DNA from: Phoronis australis
Lineage: Eukaryota; Animalia; Phoronida
DNA length: 64,000 bases
Direction: 5' to 3'
NCBI GenBank assembly: GCA_002633005.1
Contig: NMRA01000107.1
Span: 725,169 to 789,168 of the forward strand
The notes beneath the pieces were generated by a model. The model was not told the DNA's origin and did not search any database. It saw only the letters and a list, made by a program, of their open reading frames with translations. Shown here one piece after another: positions 12,627 through 24,600 of this stretch (position 1 is its first letter; every line of letters starts with the position of its first letter). The translations under genes were made by a program, and so were the position numbers.

Positions 12627-15600
12627 CTAGGAGGTGGCGTTGAAGAAAAACAGGAATATTATGTGCCGTCGACTAAAACAAAACGAGAACGTCTTGCGAC
12701 CATGTTCTGGTTATACAATGTAGATCCTAATCATCGGGGTATTTCCATGCATAATCTGAATGCGCCAGCTGTGAATTGTACATGATTTTGAATCTAAGAA
12801 ATGAGCAGTAATAAACATTAGCATGAAATAAAAAGACACACCTTTTAAGATTTTGCCTCGTTCTTGTGACTCAGCGGCTGTGAGTATCGTGGTCTATTAG
12901 AATTTAGTGTATGACGTTCACAGCCAGAGGACGTGAGGTGACTAAAAGCTAATATCCACCGCTCGCCCAGAGTCCCACCCATGAGATTGATGCAACCAGA
13001 TTCAACAGCAAAAATACATTGTACACAGCTCGTTCTAGCTCCTTACTACCACTGAATCAACAAATTTCGCAACAATCCTTACGTGGCACAATGTTGGTGC
13101 AGGACTTACAGCACCAGTAACTCAAAGCCGAGGTTTTACACATGGAATTGAAGTTCAGCGCCATCTGTGAACAGCTGTACGCCCCGCCATTGATGTTGAT
13201 AGTGTTAAGCGTGTCCTCACATGAGCCTCCTATTGGATAAATCAGATTTAATACTGGCGTCTTGAATCTCCCAATAGCACGATTATTTTCAAAAACTTAG
13301 CTAGTCAAAGTCATAATTTGACAACATTTCGTTTCACAGCGCCTAAATACTAACTTCTTTTCGGCTGGGATTCGTTTCAATTCTGACTAAATCTTTAACA
13401 AGTGTTGTGCCACGCATGCTGTCGATATTGTGACACCGACTGACTGAGAAACTGAACAATTGGCAGCTAAAGGCAATAATATCGCGTTAAAATCCAACAA
13501 AAACTATAATTTGTATTACAAGAAAAGTTCAACTAAACTGCTGGACAGTTCTGACAAGAAGTTTATTTAAGTTTGGCGGAGCCAGATCGATTCCTTTCTA
13601 ATTCTGCCTAGTTTGTTTCTTTGAGAACTGTCGTAGTTCGCTTCTGCCTCAACCAGTGTACATATCGAATACATTGTCTTTCCTGTCTCCCTCTTTATCT
13701 CATACTAACCTTTGGACGAACTTGGGGAATCATGAAATGTAACTAACAGACCACAGAGTTAAATGTTTCAGTTTCTGACCACGTCACCTTACAACGTGAC
13801 TATCGAAAAATTTCCGTTGCTGCAATATCTCAGTTGAAACTTGTTGATGCACTATTTTATTTTATAGTGCGTAAGGTTACGTAATACTACGTGTGTTAAT
13901 TGGCTAAAGCTTCTTATATAAGAGACGTTCCGGTACTATCCGGCCTTCTTGACATGAACCGCTCTACTGGTAACGCTTACAACGCTAACGATGTTCTCAT
14001 GGAGCCTAGAGCCTATATCATTGTAAGTTAATACTAATTTTTCGCATATTACCGTAGAATTCACTGGCTGTTTCTCGTATTGTGTAAGACTGTTTAGCCC
14101 ATGCTGTATTACGTGGAATATCTTTATTGTATTGTAACGTTAACGCTGTATTTCCCAAGACTTATTATTCGTTATATTTGTTTCAGTGAAACCGGCCTTG
14201 TCGGACAGTAAGCATAACGTCAACCTTGTTGAGAATAAACGTATCATATCCGACTATCCCGTGTGTTCAATGCCCATGGCTCCTACAAAACTGCACCCTC
14301 AGTATACTAGTGATTCTTCATTTGTAGAACTACCTTAGACAAAACACCACTACAAATGTCTGGAGTTTTGTCATTCTTTTTACTCACGGTTTACTTATCC
14401 CAGTGCTTTTCAGCGAGATTCCTGGTCTGAGGGATATTTCAATATAATTTGACATAGTTGTGGAGCTTTGCTTCCTGACACCTGAATTTCTACAACTGAC
14501 ATAGCCAATAAGACATCGTAGTCCGAGAGTATGAAATCCCCGGTCCAAGGTTTAAATTGCGAGGCGAAATACGGGACTGGATACGATGAGAAATTTGTTT
14601 TATCTCAATTTTTTAGTTTTCCACTTGAACTCCCTTCTTAAGTCAAATTTATAAAAGAACGGGTGCGTACTAGACTACGATCGACTTTATGTTTCGTGAC
14701 AAAACACATTCGGTTGGGAGAAGGCATTAAGAGAGCTACTTCCTTCTTACAAAAATTGATCAAACTTACACTATTCGAAAAATGCGGCAACGACAACGAT
14801 TTTTCCCTCATTACTGGAAGACTAAAAATTCGCTGACAGGAGGCGGCGTAAATCTGCTGGTCACCTTTTCAGAATATCAAGCCAGTAAATACACTTTAAA
14901 ATAAAAACCTATGAGGATTTCAAGGCTCTCATTCAGATGTTTGGTGGTCTCAAGGCAATCACTAATTTCGCAAGACCTCCGTTACCTGTTGGTGCTCTGG
15001 TCGTTGCTTTAGTTGTTGACTTCGTCGTTGGGGGCGTGGCAGCCATAGTGCTTGATCCACCAACGTTAGTTGGTCTTGAAGTAGTGCGCGAAGAGTCTGC
15101 AATAAATCGAGCACACTAACCACGATGCGGTATTTCCTCCTGTAATTACTCGTTTACATCAACGCTTTAGGGTTGCGAAATGGCAAATGAGATTCAATGA
15201 AGTTATGATTTAGCGTTGGCAAACAAAGGAAACGATTCTAGACCCTGGGGCGTGATAAGGCGTACCGAGAATTTCTGAAAATAGGCCCTACCCAAAAGTA
15301 CAACCAAGGATGTATTTTCGGTGAATGTTTACATTTTTGAAAATCTTGTGGGCTGTTTTGAAATACTTGCATAATAGGTTTTGATGTAAAGTTTTGTCAA
15401 TTTTCACAAACCATTATAATTTGAAATTACGATCCCACTCAACTGACTATCACTTTGTCACGTTTTTCCTCCTGTGGGGGTGGGCCCAGGTTGTTACAGA
15501 CCGGTGCTAATAGCTTTCGGTGCAACGATAGACTGGAGACTGGTTCTAGTTAATCCTTTATTAATCTCGACCGCATTTTCACAAGCCTACTAAAACAAAA

Positions 15601-18600
15601 CGTCCCACGTAATGTTTGTTCTATGCTCCAGCCAGTGCTGCGAAGCCTTGGCTTTTGATGGACTTCTGAGAGACTTCCAGCAACTGTTACACTCGTTGAT
15701 TCAATAACTTGCTTTCTCTATAGCTGGCTCTCTACTGACTGTCGCTGTAACTGCTGATTCTCTTCAATGCAACTCAACTGTAACTCCAATAGCCGATTAC
15801 ATAAAGGTGGTTTAACCTCGTCGAATTTTAGACCTATCTTGCATTTCACCAACATGGTTTAAAAGTCTAAAAACCTGGTTTTGTTAGACCATATAGCGGG
15901 GTTTAGTGAAACCAGGTTTAAAGTATCCAAGCCACCCCACTGTGTTGATCCGGATTAATCCATCACAGAAAGTATTGAAGTGCTTCAATGAAAAATTGAT
16001 CACTTGGGTACACATGGCACACTGAAGTAGAATCAGTGCAGACATTTGCTAAAAAGGGCTAACAGCTTTTCTCACCAGGAAAAATGTTCCCTCCCATAAC
16101 TGATCAGAGAAAAAAACAATGTCATACTCGGGAACAAGAAAATTTGTGCCAAATCAAGTCAACGTAAGCACCAGGCTGAGAGAGATATTGATCCAGAATA
16201 CAGTGGCGGATTTAGAAGGGAGCAGGTACCATTTGGCAGTTTGGGGTGCGAATTGCTGACTAGTAAATGCGCGCAGCATGGGGGGCTCAGGGACAAATGC
16301 ACAATGCATAGGCTTTGCACGAACCCCGTTTACCCGCTTTTTTAGTAATAAGGTCCACAGACCCAGAAACTCGTAACCCCTGCATCCCTACATTTTAGAC
16401 CAGGCGCGCACATGTGGCAAAATTCTGGTTATTCCTGTGCCCTGCCCCCTCCCTACTCAAAATCCTGGATCCGCCTCTGGAATAAAGGCCAGAAAGAAAA
16501 TTTCATCAGTGAAAAAACTGTGCCCATAAAAACGGCGAGGGACCCATTGGCAGATCTAAGATATCATGAGATGTTTTTCATTTTATATTGTCTGTGTAGG
16601 AGACACGTACACACATTAAAGTACTTGCTCATGACTAACCGCAACAAAGTAAAAGTAAATGCACATATTTATTTCCGTGTCATTTTCCTTTTTTGCGGGG
16701 GGGGACACAGGGGCGGATCCAGGATTTTGAGTTTTTGGGGGCCAGGGCAGAGTATTAACCAGGATTTTACCGGTCATCCATTCGCAACCGCAAACTGCCA
16801 AATGCAATCTGGAAAAATTTTAGGGGGTATGGCCCCTCCACTAAGTCCACCACTGGGGCAGGACCCCTGCTGGGCAACCTTAAATCGGGGACCAATTGAC
16901 ATGGAACTCGGTCAGAATAATCATTAGATGTCTTTTTAGTTATACGCGTAGCGCTTGCGGCGATGACGTTGTGCTCGAACCGCCATATTCTGAGGAATCC
17001 AAAGGATACCCTTCAGTACGTACTGGTCTACACGTACGTATACTTGGGCGGATCCAGGGGTTCAAGAGGTCCCGACCCCTTTTTCCTTTATTTTAGTGAT
17101 ATCCAATCTATAATTTTCAAATTGTTAACGCAGACTCCCCTTTTAAAAATCCTTGATCCGACCACTTCCCTTTAAAAATTCTTGATCTTCCCTGTTACGT
17201 TTGATCTTGTGTCGTCCTGAAACTGAACATTGAAAATAGTCCGTTCTCCCTATAAAACTGCGTCGTAAATGCAAACTACAGCATCATCCAATCGCACCTA
17301 TATCGTATAAGTATGCCATATTTGATAACATTAAACCTTGGTCTGGCCAAGTCTAATAGATCTTAATACAAATCTAAATAATATAGACCTCGTTGGTGAA
17401 ATGAAAACTGACTTAGACCAGGTCTAAACTGGAGTTAAATAAGGTTTTACTAGACCATTGATCTAAAAGTTAAACCACCTTTATGAAATCCAAATTATCT
17501 TTAAACCTGGTCTAATTCCAGTTTAAACCATGTTTAACTTTAAACCACCTTTATGAAATCGGCTTCATCTGTTTAACTGTTAACTGCTTTTACTGCGACT
17601 GCTGAACTGCTTAACTGCTTTACTGACTAATAAAAACCCGTGCTTGTGTATTTATTGACTAACGCAATATTCTAAATCTTTTCACTAATTCAAGCACATG
17701 CCAGAAATTTCCGGAATCTACCCAATAATTCTACAAACATATACTCTTCTTTAGAATATTCCAGACTGCAATAATCACTGTAATGCTATGCTAGAGTCTT
17801 CTAGAAAAATCCACACTATACTGTAGTAAACAAATAACATCATCACTGCACTGAATTCACTGGTCATGCCAATCAATAACACAAACAGAACAATAAAATT
17901 AAATGAAACTAAAACACTATCAGCCGATTTCATAAAGGTGGTTTAAAGTTAAACCAGGTTTAAACTGGACTTAAACCAGGTTTAAAGATAATCTTCATTT
18001 CATAAAGGTCGGTTAACTTTTGGACCAGTGGTTTAGTAAAACCTGGTTTGACTCCAATTTAGACATGGTCTAAGTAAGTTTTCATTTCCCCAATGGCATC
18101 TGTATNAATAATCACTGTAATGCTATGCTAGAGTCTTCTAGAAAAATCCACACTATACTGTAGTAAACAAATAACATCATCACTGCACTGAATTCACTGG
18201 TCATGCCAATCAATAACACAAACCAGGTTTTACTAAACCAAATATTTCTATTGTTTCTGATGAGATGGCGATTTGTGGGAGTCTATTCCACAGTAGAATG
18301 GTAGATGGAAAGAAAGAGTTTGCGTATTATGCGGTGGGGGTGTATAAACTCTCAAAGTTATGAGAGTGGGAGTTTCGTGATCTGGAGTACCGTAGGAATG
18401 GAAGGTATGAGTAAGGAATAGCAACCAGGTTTTGTACGGTCTAGTACAAAGTGGATAGTTTGTTCTGAGCTTGTATTTCCTGTAGTGTGGGCCAATTGAA
18501 AGTTCTCAGCATGGATGAAACGGAGGAGTACCTTGAGTGGTCATTTAAAACGAACCTGGCTGCTCTACGCTGTATTTTTTCTATTTTTTCAATGTTTGTG

Positions 18601-21600
18601 CGAGTTGATGGATCCCATACGGAGGAGGAGTATTCTAGTTTTGGTCTAACAAGTGAAGTGTAGGCAAGGGCTTTTGTTTTTTGAGGAGCATATTTGAGAT
18701 TTCGTTTAAAGAAGTCAAGAATTTTGTTTGCCTTTGAGGCGACTGTGTCTATATGAGTGTTCCACGATAAATTATTGGTGAGAGTGACCCCGAGGTATTG
18801 GGCTTCATTGATGCATTTGAGTGAAGCGTTGTGTAGGCTGTAATTGTATATAATGGGGGAACGTTTTCTGTGGATACGAAGAATATTGCATATGGAGATA
18901 TTAAATTTCATTTTCCAGGAGTTTTCCAAAGAGGCTAGGGAATCTAAGTCTTGTTGAAGAATTTGGCAATCGTGGGCGAACCATTGGGTCTGTAGAGAAC
19001 TGAATCATCAGCAAAAAGCCGGACATTAGAAAGAAGGGTGTCAGGAAGGTCGTTAATGTAGAGTATGAAGAGTGCAGGGCCAAGGACAGAGTCCTGGGGC
19101 ACTCCTGATTGGACTGGGGAGGAATTTGAGAACTCACCATCAACGAGGACTCTCTGTGTTCTAAGGGATAGAAATGACTGGATCCAATTGTGGGTGACAC
19201 CCCTTATACCGTAGTATCTGATTTTCTCCAAGAGTCTAGGATGTTATACCTTATCAAAGGCTTTGGAGAAGTCCAGCACCACATGGTCGGTTTGAGTGCT
19301 TGCTTCCATAGTTTGGAGGAGGCCATCTACGAATGTGACAAGTTGTGTTTCACATGATCTATGGTTACGAAAACCACGTTGCCAGGTGTAAAGTATATTA
19401 TTTGTGTCTAGATGAGGCATAATGTTACTGACCACTATGAGCTCCATAAGTTTGGAGCATATGCAGGTGAGTAGTAGTTTGAAGCCAGAGTTTTATCATC
19501 TTTTTGTGAATATGTCGGAACTGTAGATGTTTGATAGGATTTGGTAAAGATTTCTTGGACGACAGGTGCAATTTCTTCTGCTGCTACTTTAAGAATGTGA
19601 GGAGATATTTCGTCTTGTCCAGCGGCTTTGTGAGGATTGAGGTTTTGCAACATTGTTCGTATACCGTCAGTAGAGAAGTCCCACTTGAAACTGCCTATCT
19701 CTGGACTTCTTGTAGTAGTAACGTTTGTGAATACCTTGCGCATTATACAAGCATTTTCTAGCCAACTCACAGGTCTCCTCTAAGCGGTTCCTGAGCTCGA
19801 AGACATACTAGTAAGTAATTCGGACTTCTTTGTTGTCATCCCCAGTCCATAGTTTACTCATGATATGCATCGGACCTTTTATTGTCCTACAGGGTGAAAA
19901 TCCTGTGTTTGATTGCGGGACCTCCCGGGAAGCAAACAGGACAGCTGGCAGATACCGGTTCCAGTCCTTTGGTCTTTCTTGACACATCTTCTTCAGCATT
20001 TGTTCTTTTACAGAGAAAGTTACAGCGTGAATTGTAAGGGGACGTGTACAGCTGCTGTGCACTCGCAAGTCTGTTGAGCTCCTTCATTAGTTCCGCTGCC
20101 TGTGAACTGCGTTCCACGGTCACTTAGGATCTCCAGTGGAAACCCTACTCTACTGAAGACCTCCAACAATGCTTCAGTTGCACTCTGTCTCAATCTTCGG
20201 TAGCGCTACTGCTTCTGGGTACCTGGTAGCTAAGTCTACCACTGTGAGGATGTATCTGTTTTCCTTGTAGGAAGCTGGAGCTCTAGGACCAACCAGATCA
20301 ATCGCGATCCGTTTGCAAGGCTCCTTCATCAAAGGCATCTCTCCGAGGGGTACTTTGGTCACTCGACCTTTCGGGATTGTCTTCTGGCAGATGTCGCATG
20401 ACCTGCAGAATCGCGTCACTTTTGATGCCACTCATGGCAAATAGAAGTTGCTGGTGATAAGGTCAGTTGTCTTCCTAACACTGAGGTATCCACCGAGTAT
20501 GGACTCATGAGCGAGCCTCATCACGGACTTCCGTAAACTGCTGGGCACGACTACTTGTTTCACCTCGTCACCGTCTTCATTCTTAAACAGCCGATAGAGT
20601 ATTCCTCGCTAAACCTCCATCACGTCTGACCCCTTGTCCTTGGTCTGTCGCTGAGCCTTGGCTTCAGCTTGCTCCCACAGCTTTTTCACCGATGAATCTT
20701 CATGCTGGGCTTCTTTGAACTGTTAAAGTCCCACCTCTTGTATGGTCGGAGATACAGCTAACGGCTTAATATCCGCTTTTCGACGCTCTGCCTGAACAAA
20801 GGTAGTCACTGCTACCGCTTCCCTGCTGGATTCATCAGGATCTGTTCCCACCAACATGTCGGCCAATTCTCCTCCCTCTGGAGTTGAAGTCACTGGGTTT
20901 TACTCATGGGAAGTAGTACTCTTTTCTGAGTCATCTTTCGTACCTTCTACCAGGCTATTGCCTGTACCGTCCTTGTTGACAGTAGTTGCCATCTGCAGTC
21001 GCTCTACATTCCGTGTGTCCAAGGCGCCAGGTACGTCTCCGATAATCAAATCCGCCCCTGGACGCTCCACAAAAATCGCAAACCCTCCCCCCTGTAGTGC
21101 GGTCTTAATTACAGGCAGCCATCTTTTGGTAGAGTCCGCCAACTCGCATAACTACTTTTGGCAGACCAGACTGGATCTAACCACTATGGTTGTGCAAGCT
21201 GTGTCTCTTAACACTGAGGCTTTCTTGTTGCCCACAAACCCCTCCTTCAGACGCAGTTTTCCTTTGAAGGCGTGTTCAAGGTTAGCGCACTTAACCGACT
21301 CCTCCTTACTCTGAGAACCTCGGTGGTTGACTACTGTTGAATTTTCATGTTGCTTCCTCTGTGTCCGCTTCCAAGAGTCTCTAGCCAGGTGTCCAGCTTT
21401 GTGACAGAAGAAACACCTTTCCTCTGCGAGGTCAGTTTTCCTCTGGTCGACTCTCTGGGTGTCTGTCTTGACTGGTCGTTCTTGGGTCATTTTCAACTGA
21501 ATGCTCGTTATATCCACTCCATGGGCCTCAATATATCCCTCTGCTAAGCCAACCATCTTCGGAACAGACTTCGGTGTCCGCTATCGCAGGAGCAATGCCA

Positions 21601-24600
21601 AGTCTTACGCACTAACAGGTCTCTCAGCGCGGCAATGTCTTTGCCACAGTCGGACATTTCGAGCCACCTGTCTATGTAGCGCTGTATGCGGACCACAAGC
21701 TGGTAAGCGGTCTCGCCCTTCTCAGCCCTCGCTTCCCGGAAGTTTCTGCGAAAGCCCTCCTCCGTCAGCTCGTACCGCTTCATCAAGGCTCTCTTGAGCG
21801 TGGCATAGTCCAGTGCATCAGCCATTGGAAGGCTAGTGTAAACCTGCAGGCCCTTACCCGTTAACAGGGGACTGAGACTCATTTCCCATTCACTATGGGT
21901 CCAACCCTGACTCTCTGTTTATCTTTCAAACGTTTGCATGAAGTTGTCCATATCGTCCTGCTCTCTCTTCAGCCTCACGAGCTTGCCTTCTCTCCTCCGC
22001 CTCAGCCTTTCCCTCAGCCTGTTCTTTTTCAACGAACTGTCTAAGGTCGTCTCCTTGCAGACCCATTCCTTGTCCGAGGGCCACCAAATCCCTTAGTTGA
22101 GATCATGTCACCATAGTGAGTCGCCAATTCCAACAATCTACTTTATCACACCGTAAGTTCCTGGCGTTCTCACCAATTGTCACATTTTCCCCGTGTGTGG
22201 GTGGGCTCAGGCTGTTGCAGACCGGTGAAAATACCTTTCGGTGCGACGATTTTTTTTAATTGCAGGTGGTCTGATACACGTTGTACCAGACGTGCGCAGG
22301 CCTCGCATGTGGGCCCATTGCACTGATCACCTGGAAATATTTTATGCTTTATTAATATATGGTTAAAACCGAGCTGAGGAGCTAGAAACCTGGCTCAAAG
22401 GTTTAGCAGTGTGACCTGGTGGGACTCGAACCCACGACCTCGAGTAAAGAAAGCAGGCGCTTATCAACCAGACCACACTGCCTCCACTGCGACGATAGGC
22501 CAAACACTGATTCGAGTCAATCCTTTATTAATCTCGACCATACACGTGTACGTTCATAAGCCTACTAAAACAAAGCGTCCGACGTAATGTCTGTTCTATG
22601 TTCCAGCCAGTGTTGCGAATTCTTGACTTGTGATGAACTTCTGAGACACTTCCAGCAACAGTTTCACTCGTTCATTCAATAACCTGCTGTCTCTATAGCT
22701 GGCACTCTACTGACTATAGCTGTAACTGCTGATTCTCTTCAGTGCAACTCAACTGTAACTCCAACCCAACAGTTTAACTGCCAACTGCTTTTACTCCGAC
22801 TGGCTAACTGCTTAACTGCTTTACTGACTAATACAAACCTGTGCTTGTGTATTTATAGACTAATGCAATGTTCTAGAACTATTCACTAATTAAAGCACAT
22901 GCCAGAACTTTCCGGAATCTATCCAATCATTCTACAAACATTTACTAGACTCTACAATATTCCAGGTTGCATTAATCACTGTCATGCTAGAGTCTTCAAG
23001 AAAGTTCCACACTATACTGTAATAAACAAATTACATCATCACTTCACTGATCTCAGGAGTCATGCCAATCAATAAAAAAAAAAACAAAACAGTAAAACAA
23101 AATAAAAATAAAACAGTATTAGTCTATATTCTGACGCACTTACCAAGGTATTTGGTGACTTTGTTGGTAACTAAACATATTAGCACAGCATGAAAGACAG
23201 TTTTAATGACACAGTATTCCAAAAACAGGCCCAGTCGTTTATTCGGTTTCATTTGGCGTTGTTGAATCGTCGTTTTCCAAATATCCGCCAATGGGCCTAT
23301 GTTTGGAACTTTTTGGTTAAGGTCCACCTCGATCAATAACAGAGGTAAAAAGCGCTTGCACTTCTGCTAAAGTGCTCGGTCTTCAATGCCAATCCAAAGC
23401 ACATGTTCTTCTGCTGAAATGCGCCAACGCCTTGGTGATTGATGTACGTGGAGAACAATGAACTGTCATTACGAGTGGCACTGTTGTTAGTATATTAGCA
23501 ATATATGAATAAAGTTTGTACGAGCACAAACAGCGAGTTTTGCTAGTGCTAGGAAAGAACTCGACGCAGATTGCTCTTAAACGCAACTTACACGCAAAAA
23601 ACCTCGTGGTCATCAGGCTAATACATTATTTTACAAGTGATCATATTTACAAATTCGCCGTGGAGAAAGGCTGGAGCATGGCTTGCGTGGACAAACTAAA
23701 AATTCTCATTGAAGGCAAAAATTTGGCATGACGGGGGCAGAACTTGTGTCGAGGCGGGTGTTAAAGTGGTGACTACCCGAGGCGAAAGTGGGCGAGGGAG
23801 GTAGCTGATGTCACGTGCTCTTCGCCGACCATCATAAAATATGGAGTCTCACAGGCTAATAAATTTGAATATTTACCCTTTGTAACACAGTTGCCGTTGA
23901 TACACCACTTGTTTGTGCCGCAGTCAGTTCCTTTAGCGGCAGGAGAATATCGAGTGCCACAATAGTTTCCAGTCGTCTTACACCAAAGTGCACGGCACTT
24001 ATCGTTTTCCGAGCTATACGCCCACTAAACAAAACACAAAAGGCGACCTAATAAACAATGAAGTGCGTGGCTCACAATGTTCTTGAACGGTCTGACTGAA
24101 GGTACAGGGCGAACAGGCACAGTCACATTTAAAAAAAACGAATGACTGGCAGTCAGCGTGAGAAATTATTTGACAGCTAATCAACTTAATTTTCTTACCA
24201 ATCATGTAAATTCATCTGTATTAGATATAGCCATCAACGGAACCCACAAACTAGCAACCTGCACGAGTAATGAGGACTCAACAGAAAACATGTGGTTGCG
24301 AATTATTTTGCTTATATGGAGTAGACTGCGCTGGTACAAGCCGACAAGACAAGTTGATGATTAAAATTTTCATAATTACATGTACAGCTCACTGGTGATA
24401 GGTTGTGTGTAACACTACCAGTAAAATATGGCTACGAATGGACTGCAGTGCAGAAATTGTATTCGATTTGTATCCAACATTATTGATTCTACATACAATG
24501 CACATGCATCGTGCGAATAAACAATTGCAACAATACAAATTTAGACTACTGCGCCAGTACAGGTGAATAGGAACAGGTAACCAGATAATGAAATAATACA

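Larger units (their letters stand above)
15791..17563. mobile_element. Non-autonomous PIF/Harbinger-like DNA element (full copy) inserted in the 3' LTR
   Basis: TIRs AGCCGATT(A/T)CATAAAGGTGGTTTAA / TTAAACCACCTTTATGAAATCGGCT; subterminal AAACCAGGTTT repeats; absent from the other LTR. Superfamily assigned from TIR style only. Confidence 0.75.
15456..17920 (-). repeat. 3' LTR of the Gypsy element, split by a Harbinger-type insertion
   Basis: 15456-15790 and 17564-17920 align, visibly diverged, with 22178-23120; AATAAA on minus strand at 15557-15562. Confidence 0.85.
15456..23136 (-). mobile_element. Decayed Gmr1-like Gypsy LTR retrotransposon in intron 12
   Basis: Two homologous LTRs starting TGTCA at 15456 and 22178; right end TGACG at 23132-23136; 5-bp TSD CACTT at 15451-15455 and 23137-23141; gag, protease and integrase remnants between them. 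Confidence 0.92.

Noticed and set aside
14937-15119. Hydrophobic plus-strand ORF resembling a membrane peptide
   Set aside because: It is the antisense reading of Thr-rich exon 13.
18107-18222. Third LTR segment or tandem duplication of 17770-17885
   Set aside because: Identical copy starting at a single N; most likely an assembly overlap artefact.
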